From an uncultured Bacteroidales bacterium (GTDB taxonomy: Bacteria > Bacteroidota > Bacteroidia > Bacteroidales > UBA10428): 64,000 nt of DNA. Of this stretch, positions 1 to 11,245 are shown in pieces; position 1 is the first letter of the stretch, and every line of letters starts with the position of its first letter. Both the position numbers and the translations under genes were made by a program. Location of the stretch: contig CAVQXX010000015.1 of the NCBI GenBank assembly GCA_963717995.1, positions 4,613 to 68,612 of the forward strand. Reading direction: 5' to 3'. A model generated the notes under the pieces. It was given only the letters and a program-made list of their open reading frames with translations. It had not been told where the DNA came from and searched no databases.

Positions 1-566
1 GGGTGTCGGGAGGCTCGTAGCGCCGTCGGCGACGTGGCGAACACGCTGCGGATGGTGTCGTTGAACTGTCGGACGCTGCCGAAGCCGGCGGCGAATGCGA
101 CATCGGTGAGCGGCATCGTCGTCGTCTCGACGAGGAGACGGGCGGTGTGCGCTCGTTGGGCTCGCGCAATGGCGAGCGGACCCGCGCCGAGTTCGTCGGT
201 GAGCACACGGTTGAGGTGGCGTTCGCTGTAGCCGAGCCGACGGGCGAGGCCCGGGACGCCCTCTCGTTCGACGAAACCGTCGGCGATGAGACGCATCGCC
301 CGCGCAACGACGTCCTGTCGCACGTTCCACTCGGGCGATCCGGGCGAGGCATCCGGTCGACACCGCTTGCAGGCCCGGAACCCGTGCTGTTGCGCCGTCG
401 CTGCGGTGGCGAAGAAGTCGACGTTGGTCCGCTTCGGAGTGATCGCCGGACAACTCGGCCGGCAGTAGATGCCGGTCGTGCGCACCGCCGTCACGAACCA
501 TCCATCGAAGCGCTGGTCGCGGCTCTGGACGGCGACGTAGCAGTGGTCGGGATCGAGCGGGGGCAC
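1..566 (-). CDS. alkA: Ada/AlkA-family bifunctional regulator (Ada Zn-binding domain + AraC HTH), 3' part outside window
   Basis: Not in the ORF track because it runs off the edge. Manual translation from GTG at 566 gives [40 protein letters not shown]...[10 protein letters not shown]...[14 protein letters not shown], i.e. Ada metal-binding Cys motifs plus an AraC signature. Confidence 0.88.
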   Translation of the reverse strand, partial: MPPLDPDHCYVAVQSRDQRFDGWFVTAVRTTGIYCRPSCPAITPKRTNVDFFATAATAQQHGFRACKRCRPDASPGSPEWNVRQDVVARAMRLIADGFVEREGVPGLARRLGYSERHLNRVLTDELGAGPLAIARAQRAHTARLLVETTTMPLTDVAFAAGFGSVRQFNDTIRSVFATSPTALRASRH

Positions 567-663
567 GTGCCCATCTTGCCCGACGGACCGACGTTCGACG
601 AGCGGAAATCGGACGTCTCGATCGACGCCTCGATCGGAGCCTCGGCAGGCCCGGACGGACCCG

Positions 664-1924
664 TCAGTCGCCGGCGACGGGCGTGTACGAGATGGAGTGG
701 TCCACGTAGGACGGGCCGGCCTCCGGCGAGCCGACGGGAACGAGACGGAATCGCAACAGGTAGAGCCCGAGCAGGCAGAACGCGACGCCTCCGAGGAAAC
801 CGAGTTGCTTGCCGACGACCTGGGCGAACGCGCCGATCAACAGGCCTCCGGCGACCGAACCGACCTCGAAGAACATCGTGAACGAACTGACGGCCCACGC
901 CCGGTCGCTGTCGCTGGCCCGATTGACGGTGAGAGCGAGCAGCGACGGATAGTTGAACGCCATCCCGAACCCGACGAAGACCGCCGCGATCCACAGCGCA
1001 GGAATCGTCGGGAAGGCTGCAAGAATTGCGAGGCCGATCAGCACGTTGCTGAGTGCAATGGTGACCGCTCGACGAGGACCGAGCCGTTCGGGCAGGGTCG
1101 CTCCGAACAGGCGCACGAGCACCGAGACGAGCGCATAGACGGCGAAGAGGGCACCGGAGCTGGCCATGCCGACCGAGCGGGAGTAGTCGGGCACGAACGC
1201 GCCGAATGCCGAGAACGCGCCGACGCCACAGGCGAGGACCAGGCCGGGCATGATCGCGGCCGGATGGATCAGCCGGCGACGCCCGGTGGCAGTTGCCGCC
1301 GACGCGATCGTGTCGTCGATCACGTCGTCGGTGTCGACACGCGCCGGGTGCGAACAGCGCGAGCCCGGCAGCCAGGAACGCGAAGAGACCGGCCACGACG
1401 AACGCCCGCTCGAAGTTCGTGTCATCGAGCAGCGCCTCGCCGATGATCGGCCCCATGCCGATGCCGCCGAACACGGCGACGGAGAAGTAGCTCGCTCCCT
1501 CGGCGCGTCGATCGCGAGGCGACATGTCGGCGATCAGCGTGGCCGCCCCGACGAAGAGGGCGGCCTCGCCGATACCCGTCAGGCCGCGTAACGCCAGGAG
1601 TTGCCAGAACTCGCTGATCTGACTCGACGCGATCCCGCTGAGGCCGGCGAGGGCCGCTCCGCCGACCATGAGCACGCGTCGTCCATATCGATCGGCGAGT
1701 CGGCCGAGCAACGGTCGGGCGCAGATCGCCGCCAGCGCGAACACGGCGACGGTCACGCCGATGCTGAACTCACCTTCGCCCAGCGGCCCCTCGATGAACA
1801 GTGGCACGATCGGGACGAGCATCCCGATGTAGACGAAGAACACGAACGCAACACCGGTCACGATGAGGAACGGGCGGGTCAGCAACGACTCGCGCTCCGT
1901 TCCACCATTCGTGACCGTCGACAT
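664..1924 (-). CDS. MFS transporter (one frameshift near 1345)
   Basis: N-half lies in ORF 491..2209 (MSTVTNGG..., motif [11 protein letters not shown]) and C-half in ORF 664..1425 (LPERLGPRR). About 12 hydrophobic segments in total. Confidence 0.88.
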
Positions 1925-1933
1925 CCCCCCATC

Positions 1934-1994
1934 CAACCCGAAATGTGCGCCGATATGCCCACCCCGTGCACACCACAGCACATTTTTCGGGTTG
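1934..1994. repeat. Intergenic imperfect inverted repeat (MITE-like or hairpin)
   Basis: caacccgaaatgtgc (1934-1948) pairs with gcacatttttcgggttg (1978-1994), with a 2-nt bulge. Confidence 0.5.
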
Positions 1995-2003
1995 AGAGCG
2001 GGG

Positions 2004-2891
2004 TCAGATGCGGGAGACGTCGACGGAGACCGCCAACGACTGCGCCGAGGCCGGGCCGACGACCACGCCGCGCACGGGCGCCACGTCGGCGTAGTCACGC
2101 CCCCATCCGATCGTGACGTGACGCGACGGTGCCACGATTCCATTCGTCGGATCGAAATCGAGCCAGCCGTGGTCGGGAATCCACACCGAGCACCACGCAT
2201 GCGTGGCATCGACGCCGATCAACTTGGGTTCACCCGGCGGCGGTTCGGTTTCGATGTACCCGCTCACGTACCGGGCGGCCAGGCCGAGCGTGCGCAGGCA
2301 CCCGACCGCGAGGTGGGCGAAGTCCTGGCACACGCCGCGTCGTTCCGCGAGCACCGAGTCGAGCGGCGTGCTGACCTCGGTGAACGACGGGTCGAACGCG
2401 AACGTCTCGAAGATCTGCGTACAGAACGCAACCGTCGCTTCGACGATCGGTCGACCCGGCCGGAAGGCGCTCGACGCCAGTTCGAACAGCGCGAGCCGGT
2501 TGGCGTTGACGGTCACGAAACGCGACGGCGCAGCGAACGGGACGACGTCGAGTGCCACCGGGCCCCGCAGACCCGCCACGGTCGCCGCCACCCGCTCCCA
2601 CGCCATCTCCACCCGCGGGAGTTCCTGGGCCCAGACGATCGCCTCGGTGATCGCCATCACGGTGAGGCCGTCGTGGGGCCGGTGCAGACCGAACTGGACC
2701 ACCCGGTTGCCGAAGATGTCGGTGCGTTCGTCGTACTCGTCGGGTTCCGGATCAGTCGTCACGACCGAGGAGATCACGTTCTGCGACGGTGTCGGCCGGG
2801 CGAGCACGCAGGCGACGCTGTATCCGTCGAGCATCGTCGCGCCGTAGAGGTAGCCGGTGAGATGGACGACCCGGTACCGCTGGCCTGCCAT
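2004..2891 (-). CDS. Transglutaminase family protein (bacterial N-terminal domain + catalytic core)
   Basis: YRVVHLTGYLY N-terminus; GVCQDFAH, ARYVSGY, HAW and FDPTN catalytic-triad motifs. Confidence 0.93.
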   Translation of the reverse strand: MAGQRYRVVHLTGYLYGATMLDGYSVACVLARPTPSQNVISSVVTTDPEPDEYDERTDIFGNRVVQFGLHRPHDGLTVMAITEAIVWAQELPRVEMAWERVAATVAGLRGPVALDVVPFAAPSRFVTVNANRLALFELASSAFRPGRPIVEATVAFCTQIFETFAFDPSFTEVSTPLDSVLAERRGVCQDFAHLAVGCLRTLGLAARYVSGYIETEPPPGEPKLIGVDATHAWCSVWIPDHGWLDFDPTNGIVAPSRHVTIGWGRDYADVAPVRGVVVGPASAQSLAVSVDVSRI

Positions 2892-2892
2892 G

Positions 2893-5223
2893 TCAGCCGC
2901 GCCCCATCATCCGCGGGTCGACCGGGGCCGCCAGATACGAACCGACGACGTCGCGGGCGAGGAGATCACAACCGGCGAAGACCTCCGCGAGCGTGGTGAC
3001 CGTTGCCTCGATCGAATCGAACGAGGCCACCTCGAGCGACGCCAACAGTGCCGATGCGGTCTCGACGCCGAACTGCCAGCCGAGCCGATCGGCCTGGTGG
3101 CGCACTCCACGAATCGCCGACGCTGCCGCCCGCGGATTGTGGACCTCGGCGACGAGGAGGTGCAGTGCCGTCTCGAGCTCGACGTCGCTGCGGTGACGCC
3201 GACGATAGGCAACGAGGCTCTCGTTGGAGGCGAGCACGATCTCGACGAGTCGCTGTCGTTGGAAGTCGAGACGATGGTCGGCGTACTCGTCGGCATCGTC
3301 CCGCCCCGTGATCGGGCGAAACGGTGACGACACCAGCGCACGCTCCCCGCCCTCGTAGAGACCGAACGCTCCACGCACGCCGTCGATCACACCGAACGCC
3401 CGCTCGAGACGCCGGCCGACCTCACCGAACCGCCACGCCGGGCCGTGAACGACACTCTCGTTCCACAGCCCCACGAGCGAGGCGAGGTCGACGAGAATCG
3501 ATTCCAGGTGACGGCCGTCGATCCGAGCGATGTCGACCACCGACGACGACGAGCCGTCCGGGCCGAGGAGCCATCGAAGCTGCGCTCGGGACTCGGCGAG
3601 CCGAGCGAGCATGCGCCCCCCGGTCACCGAGAAGAACTCGCGCACCGACGATGCCTCGGCGAGGAACGATCCCAGCTGATGCGCGAGCGCCTCGACCGCC
3701 AACGCGAACGTGGCCCCGGCCCGATCAGTCGCCTGCGGGTCGATGCGGTTGGTCACACCGGCCACGGCCGACAACATGTCGAGTCCGTGCACGACCCACG
3801 GTTCGGCCACCTCGGAATCGACGAGACCGCTCGTGCGATCGAGCACCACCTCCATTGCACGAGCGATGAGTTCGGCACGCTCCATCGCCCGGCCCGCCCA
3901 GAACAGCGCCTCGGCGGCGCGGGTCGGAACCGATGCGATCAGGTCGACCTGCGGAAGCGGTTCCCGGCGGCGGATCTCGGGGGTGCGACCGTTCCACCGA
4001 CGACCCACACGTCCTTCGCGGTGGCAAGCGTGGGCCTCATCGGATCGTCACCGGCGGCCAGCACGCGGGCACTGCCGCCCTGGAGCACGTCGATGCCCTT
4101 GTCGCTCGCCACGAGGTGCAGTCGCAACGTGACGGCCCGATCGACCGTACCGATCCCGTCGAAGCTGGGAGACGTCGCCCACGCCGTGTCGGCGCGTTCC
4201 TCGGCCGACATGAACGGCAGCGGCCACGTGCCCTGATAGTCCGAACTGCGGCCCGTGAGCCACGCACCCGCGGAGTCCCAGTACTCGCCGAGCGCCGGAT
4301 CCTCCAGCACGCCACATCCGTGGGCGTTGGCGAGGCTCACACCGCGTGACCGAGCAGCCAGCAGCAGCCCGGGGACACCGACGCTGCCTTCGGCGTTGAC
4401 CTCCATGGGATCCGCACGATCGTCCTCGAGTCGGCGGAACAGGACGTCGACGGGCTCCAGCCCCCCCAACGACCGCAGCCACACGCGACGTTGACGCACG
4501 ACCAGATCCGCACCCTCGGCCAGGTTCAGACCGAGCCGGGTGGCGAGGTACGACTGCTCGACGTACGACGGATGGTCGACGCCACCCGACAGCACGACGA
4601 TGCGCGGGTTACGAGTCGCGGCAACGTCCGCGAGGCCGTCGCGCAGACGATCGGCGAACGGATCGAGCGACCGCAGGGCACGACCGGCCGGGAGCCGCGA
4701 GATGACGTCACGGTGCACACGGCCCGACACCGAACGCCCGAGCAAGGCGTACCCCACGCCGGCGGGCGCGCTCGGTGAGGTCACGAACGACACGCCAGCG
4801 ACCCGACGAATCACGAATGACGTCGACCGCGTAGTTGGTCATCCACCGACGATGCGGCCGCGTGCCGAACGCCGCCAACCGGTACTTCGGACTCCCCCAC
4901 AACGCAATCGGATCGACGACTGCGTCACGAAGCACCGTTCGCGCCCCGTAGAGGTCGCCGAGTATCGCTTCGAGCATCTGCATCCGGGCGATGGCGCCGT
5001 CCGCGAGCGCCACGAACTCGTCGCCGTCGATTACCAGCGGCACCGGATCGAGGCGCCACGGACGTGACTCGATTCCCACCATCCGACCATCGGTGCGCAG
5101 TGGAAGGTCGTGGACGATGTGGCCGGCGCCTTCGGCCGCGAGGAGTCGATCGTGGTCGACCTGCCTGGCCCCCAGATCGGCGAACCCGGCGATCGACGAC
5201 ATCAGCTCGGTGGGATCAGGCAT
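2893..5223 (-). CDS. Circularly permuted type 2 ATP-grasp + alpha-E domain fusion (frameshifts near 4770 and 3990)
   Basis: Pieces 4708..5223 (RPWRLDPVP), 3939..4814 (EQSYLATRLG, VDVLFRRLED, KDVWV) and 2893..4008 (AEALFWAGRAMERAE, GRRLERA alpha-E ER motifs). Confidence 0.82.
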
Positions 5224-5226
5224 CGC

Positions 5227-6153
5227 TCAGTGCACGACGTACTGCTCGTGCATGACCCTGTCGAGCCGCGCCAACGCAACCTGGACATCCTCCATCGCGG
5301 CGTCGAGCGCCGCGCCGTCGTCGGCAGTCGGGTGGCTGCGACGGAGTTGACGGTCGGCCGCCTCGACGGCACCGAGCACCGTCGAATACTCCGGGAGACG
5401 CAGGATCGACGTGCGCATCTCGGCCAGGCACCCGGCAACCGAGCGGGGGAAAGCGATGATCGAAGAGGAGAAACCTGACCACTGCCGGACCACTGATCGG
5501 CCCCCGACTCGCCCGTTGGTACATCTGGAGTGCCGAGAGGGAACGCAGCACGCCCATCCACTGCACCTCGGCGAACTCGTCGACTTCACCGAACGGCACC
5601 GACAGCAACGTCGCCGCTCTGACCCCGAGCACGCGGTCGTCATGTCGGCGTGCTCGATGTAGCGACCGAGCCGCCACATCTCGAACACCTCGTCACGCGT
5701 CATCGTCGACTGCATGACACCGTCGAGACGTCGACTCTCGTCGATCACGCGGGCGAGGAATCGGTCGCGACGCCGCCGCTCGACGGACGTGACCGCGGCG
5801 CCGCGGACGTAGATCGACAGATCGTTCAGCGTCTGCCACGCCTCACGCGGCAGCACCTCCCGGCACGTCCGCAGGTCTCGCGACTGTGATCGACGGTGTT
5901 GACGATGCTGTTGGGATGCTCACGGTCGGCGATGAGGAACTGCGCCACCTGGTTCTCGTCGGAGCCACTGACAGCCGGCAGCCGGACGCTGCTCCCCGAG
6001 ATCGTCACCAACGGGCTCCAGCGCGACGATGCCGTCGGGAGGTCGGCGAGCACGTCACCGTACGCTCGCAGCACGCCGCGCCGAATCCTCGGCACGCTCG
6101 ATGTACCGGGCGGCCCAGTACATGCGATCGGCGACCCGTGACAGCAGTGCCAT
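5227..6153 (-). CDS. Alpha-E domain-containing protein (several frameshifts)
   Basis: Starts [23 protein letters not shown]; continues with LPREAWQTLN, RLGRYIEHADMT, QWMGVLRSLSA and FPRSV in alternating frames. Confidence 0.85.
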
Positions 6154-6600
6154 CAGTGATCCGCCTGCTGCTGTGATTGCTGCTGTGGTTGGACGGTCAC
6201 CGAGCCGTTCGCCGGCGCCCCATTCCGTATGGGTGTCGACGATCCAGGTGTCCTTGCTGCCGCCTCCCTGCGATGAGTTCACGACGAGCGATCCCTTGGT
6301 CAGCGCGACCCGAGTGCGAGGCCGCCGGCGGTGACGTAGCTGTGTTCGCCGGTGAGGATGAACGGACGCAGGTCGAGGTGGCGTGGCTCGATACCGTCGT
6401 CGACGAGCGTCGGGGCCGTCGACAGGTCGAGGATGGGCTGGGCCACCCAGTTGCGCGGGGTCGGCCAGAATCGCCGCCGCGGCAGTCTCCAGTTCCGCGC
6501 TCGACGCCCGGTTGCCGATCACGATGCCATAGCCGCCACTCTCGTTGGCCGGCTTCAGCACCAGGTCGCCGATGTTCGCGAGGACGTGCTCGCGTTCGTC
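6153..6600 (-). CDS. Circularly permuted type 2 ATP-grasp protein, C-terminal fragment (5' part lost at the junction)
   Basis: [25 protein letters not shown]...[24 protein letters not shown]. The probable true end is [12 protein letters not shown] with a TGATG overlap onto the alpha-E start. Confidence 0.85.
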
Positions 6601-6604
6601 TCAA
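6598..6604. other. Abrupt compositional junction, probable chimeric join (Actinomycetota-like to Bacteroidota-like)
   Basis: GC content and codon style switch within a few bases. The ATP-grasp gene on the left and the glycosyltransferase on the right are both cut here, with no IS ends or att-like repeat. Confidence 0.88.
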
Positions 6605-7580
6605 CGTTCACGGGAGAAACCAGCATTGCATTTTTTTCATTTAATACTTCCCGCAGAACCGGCAGGTCGGATGCTATGATCGGTTTCCGGCTTGCCATAT
6701 ATTCGAAAACCTTTAGAGGTGACATATAATCCCCCGTTGAATAAGCTCTCTTGCTTGAAACATATACGGTTTTTTGGTAGGGTGCCAGCAATATATCACA
6801 GGAATTGCGATAAACATAAACTTTCTGAGGCGCTATAAAACCTGAAAAATACAGGTTATTTAGGCCGGGTGCCTGGTTCTTCCATTTGTTGATTTCCATG
6901 ATCTCACCACCAAAAATAAAAAAATCGACTTGCGGAAGTTGCTTCGCAGCACCGATAATAATCTCAATCCCGCGTCCTTCGTGAAGGCTTCCAAAATAGC
7001 CGATTTTCAGATGGCCGGGACTGCCCTCTAAAGTCTCCCTGTGCGTTAATTCAAATACATCCGAACCATCGTGCAACACCAAAAATGAAGCATGGGTTCC
7101 TTTTTCCTCATAAAGCCTGCGCAACGCATCAGAGATACATACAAAACGCAGCAGATTATGGCTGTTCAGGATCCGCCGGATCTGGATACGGTGTTCCAGC
7201 CGAAAGCTATGCAGATAATCCTGGTGAGATTCAAAAATGAATTTCCGGTTAAAAAAGGTTAAATAGAAGGAAGCCGTGATCGATCTTGAATAAACGAGGT
7301 CAGCCTTCAGTTTCCTAAGAAGGGAAACGGATTTCACTGCATACATGTGATCCGCCAACCGGCCGTTACCTATTACACGTACCGGGTGCATGGTAAAGTT
7401 CTGTTTTACTCCGTAGTAAGTGTACAGATTCCCGGTTGAAGGTGTGTCCCGCGTATTTACAGGATAAATCAGGTCCACTTCATGTCCATTATCGGCAAAC
7501 GCCTGGCACATGCGCATAACATGCACACTGCTGGCTTTTTTTGAAGGAATATAAATGGTGGCTAAATATACAATATGCAT
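6601..7580 (-). CDS. Glycosyltransferase family 4, C-terminus truncated by the junction
   Basis: ASSVHVMRMCQAF N-terminus; SPLKVFEYMASRKPIIASDLP GT-B motif. After VSPVNVE the ORF runs into foreign DNA. Confidence 0.9.
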
Positions 7581-7600
7581 GGTTGTGAATAGTTGGTTCC

Positions 7601-8831
7601 CTATAACTTTTTACCCGCTTTCAAATGGATTTCAAGTGAGGCAAGGATAAGCAAAGCATCTATGCAATCCACTCTTTTATTGGCATGATCCTTCCATACA
7701 GACTGAATATCAATCCAGTCAATTATTTTTCGTTCATGCAGATCATTGATATTCTCATGTAACAATGACCTGAACCCGGGATCACTTTCAAATCTTTTTC
7801 CGAAATCAATATAGTTGATCATGGGATTATGAACCCAATTCAGGTATTTGCCGACCCTTTTCTTTAGCACGGTAAGCTTTCGGTTAATTGCCATTCGTTT
7901 TCTGCCGGTATTTAAAGGCAAACCGAAATGTGTTTTGGTAGGGAGGCTGAACAGATCAGGAAACAGACTGAGAAGAATTTTTTTATAGAGAACCTTATTT
8001 TGCAGGAATTGCCTGTTCTGGCTTAGAAAAAAGTCGATCAAGAGCAGGATCACCAAAGGGTGTGGCATATTTGAAACCCTTCATTAATACGTGGGGTGCA
8101 ATGTATTTGATCTGCCGGTTCCAAAAATCCAATTGTTCTTCACACGTAATTGGCCCGTTATCAGGAAACGGACAATCCAGCAGGTCAAACAGTTCCGCAT
8201 CGTTTCCGCTGGTTAGTTTAACCGACCTTACATACGTGTTTTTCCTGATGAAATACTGTTTGGAATCATCCAGGCTGGAAGATGTTTGTTTTGGAAAATG
8301 TTCGCCCGTAAGCGTACCGCCCATAAAGCCCGACCAATGCCGGTGACTGGAAAACTGCTGTAAAACCCTTGCAACCGGCGGATGGCAGAAAAGCAGGCAC
8401 TGATGGTCAATCCGGCCTGAAACATCCAGTAATTCATCCATCGTATACTGGTGAACTGTCAGATTGTAGGCAGTGTGCCGGGTTCCGATCACTTTCGCAA
8501 TTTTATTGCCTATTTCAAAATCAAGGGTGTTTGGGCTGCCAAACGTGTAAGTATATATATCTCCGGCATTTTTATGCAGTAAAAGTGCACCCAGGATCGC
8601 TCTGCTGTCGAGCCCGCCGCTGATTGGAACAAGATGCTCTTCATTTAAATGGAAGGAATTTTCTATCGATTTCAAAAATAAATCTTTACCCAGTTTTACG
8701 GCTTCATCCTCCTGAACATTTGCATAGTATGATCTATCGACCCCTGACAGGTCAATTTTCCATCTGGAGCCATCATATTCCAAAAAATAGCCGAGTTTCA
8801 AAAAGGAGTCAAGATTAGGGTTATATTCCAT
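7601..8831 (-). CDS. Asparagine-synthase-like (PP-loop) amide ligase without a glutaminase domain (frameshift near 8055)
   Basis: LVPISGGLDSRAI PP-loop and YTYTFG in ORF 7995..8885; C-terminal part in 7601..8068. No N-terminal Cys-Ntn domain. Confidence 0.72.
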
Positions 8832-8842
8832 ATATACAGGGT

Positions 8843-10003
8843 TTAAAGCAAAACATGGTTTCTGACCTTTTTGTTCATAAGGCAATAGTCCACAATTTCA
8901 TCTGTAAAATCACCAAGGAGAGGTCCCCTGCATACCTGGAATAATGCCGTACCCTGATTGCTCAAATTTATTTCAATAATCCTGGGAGATCCGGTAGAGT
9001 CAATACACATATCAAACGATATCAATCGGAAATTCAAAACCTGTGAAGCCACAATCCTGGCAGCTTCCACCATTCTGTTATAATTGTAGGCTAAACCAAT
9101 ATTTTTCAGCTCAATACCGGGATCGGCGCAAATATATTGAATCAGAGTACCATCATTACATACGCCAAAATGATTTATTTCACCTGCCTTTGACAGGGCA
9201 ACAGCAGTTCCGCCGATATGAACATTATCTACCAGGCTTCCGGGTCCTCCAATTCTCAGTATACTGCAAACCACCTCGATCTTTTCCGTTACTACTGATC
9301 TGTAAGTCATTAGCCGAACAGTATTGAGTGATGTCGGATTAAAACGGGCGTAAAACGGATGTGAAATGATTTTTTCCTGAATAATAAAATCGGTATTTCT
9401 GATACTATTCAGATATTCGCCTGAAAGCGTTTCATTTTCCCTGTTAATAAAGGATCCATCTGTTCGTGTAAAGAATTGGATATTTCTGCCCCCCCTTGAA
9501 TCCATTGAAGGTTTGATAGTAATTTGCCGGTATTCTGTTAACAGGCCTTCCAAAGTATCCTGGTCCAATGATGGAATCAATTTATAATTGCAGTCGTAGA
9601 AACTATGGTTAATACAATGAAGAATTCCTTTGGGAAAGAATTCAGGGGTATAGAACTTTTCATACAAGTTCTTGTCTGCATAGGCAAAACTGGTTTTTAA
9701 CCGGTTCAGTGTTGGTTCAATTATCCAATAAAACAGGTTGTCGGGAACAAAGTCTGCACTTGATATTCCTGACGTCAGGGAATAGATTTTGAAGGTTTCT
9801 GTTGAAAAAGGATGTTTGAAGACGGACCATTTCTTAACAAATTGTTTCAGCATTTGCTTGTCATGACCGGCCTTAAATAAGCTCTTGTTTTTCTTCCTGA
9901 ACGGGATAATTCTCTTATTGTAGTTTTGAATGACTCTAAAGTATTGTATTCTTAAAGCCAGTTTCCGGAAAAGCCATTCCAAAAAGTTTAGAAATGCATA
10001 CAT
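8843..10003 (-). CDS. Sugar-transfer associated ATP-grasp (ST-grasp) protein, paralog 1
   Basis: DKNLY, IKPSMDSRGGRNI, FIIQEKI, NPTSLNTVRLMT, VDN, SFDMCID and IIEIN motifs. Confidence 0.85.
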   Translation of the reverse strand: MYAFLNFLEWLFRKLALRIQYFRVIQNYNKRIIPFRKKNKSLFKAGHDKQMLKQFVKKWSVFKHPFSTETFKIYSLTSGISSADFVPDNLFYWIIEPTLNRLKTSFAYADKNLYEKFYTPEFFPKGILHCINHSFYDCNYKLIPSLDQDTLEGLLTEYRQITIKPSMDSRGGRNIQFFTRTDGSFINRENETLSGEYLNSIRNTDFIIQEKIISHPFYARFNPTSLNTVRLMTYRSVVTEKIEVVCSILRIGGPGSLVDNVHIGGTAVALSKAGEINHFGVCNDGTLIQYICADPGIELKNIGLAYNYNRMVEAARIVASQVLNFRLISFDMCIDSTGSPRIIEINLSNQGTALFQVCRGPLLGDFTDEIVDYCLMNKKVRNHVLL

Positions 10004-10065
10004 GGTTGGGTAGTTTAGGTAGAATGCTGGAGGTTCATGTAGAATAGGATTTGTACACATCTGTT

Positions 10066-11228
10066 TTATAGCAATACATGATTTCTTATTTTTTTATTGA
10101 TAAGAGAATACTCAATAATTTCATCGGTAAAGTCACCCAGCAGAGGACCATTGCATGCCTGCAAAAATGCACTTCCCTGGCTTCCGAGATTTAATTCAAT
10201 AATTCTGGGTGCACCCGTGTGGTCAATGCAAATATCAAATGATATCAGTCTGAAATTCAATGCTTGCAATGCAACCTGCCTTGCTGCTTCAACCATCCTG
10301 TCATACCCAAAGGCCGGTCCAATGTCTCCAAGCTTAATATCCGGGTTGGAGTGAGGATGATAAACAATGTTGGCATCGGCATCAAGGCCAAATGAGTTTA
10401 CAATACCAGTGGAGGAAAGGCCTACAGCAGTACCGCCTGAATGCAGATTATCCACAATGCTGCCGGGGGGGCCAATTCTCATTATTCCGCAAGCGACATC
10501 AACCTTTTCGGTTTTAACTGACCGGTAAGTCATTAAACGGACAGTGTTCAGTGATGAAGGATTGAAGCGGGCATAAAACGGATGTGGTTTAATCTTTTCC
10601 TGGATTATAAAATCTGTAATTATGTAAATTATTCAGGTATTCGACAGACAACTTTTCACCCGCCTTGTTGGTAAAATCTTCATTTGTTCTTTTGAAAAGT
10701 TGAATATTTCTGCCACCCCACGAATCCATCGAGGGTTTAACAATGATTTCCTGGTAATCCGGATAAAAGCGTGTTTAATGAATCCCGGGTCAATGATTTG
10801 ATCAGGTCAAAATTGTGATCATAGAAACTATTATTAATACAGTGAAGAATTCCTTTGGGAAAACATTCAGTCGGGTAAAATCTTTCATATGAATTTTTAT
10901 CGGAATAGGCCATATTGGTTTTTAGCCTGTTCAGGGTGGGTTCTATTATAAAGTAAAAAATATTGTCGGGAACAAAATTCGCACTGTTTATTCCTGAGGA
11001 CAGGGAATACATCTTAAATTGCTCAGTTGAAAAAGGATGGTTGAAAACCGACCATTTCTTAACATATTTCTTCAACATTTCTTTATCATAGCCCTTTTGA
11101 AAAAGTTCTTTGTTTCTTATTTTCAATCGCTTTATACTCGTGTGATAGTTGTGTATTACAGTATAATAACGGATTAAAAGCGAAATTTTTCGAAAAAGTT
11201 TTTCAAGAATTTTTAACAGGGTATTCAT
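10066..11228 (-). CDS. Sugar-transfer associated ATP-grasp protein, paralog 2 (frameshifts between ~10620 and ~10760)
   Basis: ORFs 10737..11249 and 10066..10533 align end to end with paralog 1. Both end in NKK(V/I)RNHVLL. Confidence 0.83.
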
Positions 11229-11245
11229 AATAAATATATTGACAT

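Noticed and set aside
6055-6561. Apparent in-frame fusion of the ATP-grasp C-terminus to the alpha-E protein
   Set aside because: Another frame gives a natural [12 protein letters not shown] end with TGATG coupling, so the fusion is best explained by an indel error.
6555-6640. Recent horizontal transfer between phyla at the GC switch, or a single ATP-grasp super-cluster across it
   Set aside because: Both genes are cut mid-domain with no mobility signature; a chimera is far more parsimonious.
34-6729. Numerous long overlapping + strand and alternative-frame ORFs in the high-GC part
   Set aside because: Arg/Pro-rich shadow ORFs caused by stop-codon scarcity; the recognisable proteins are all on the minus strand.
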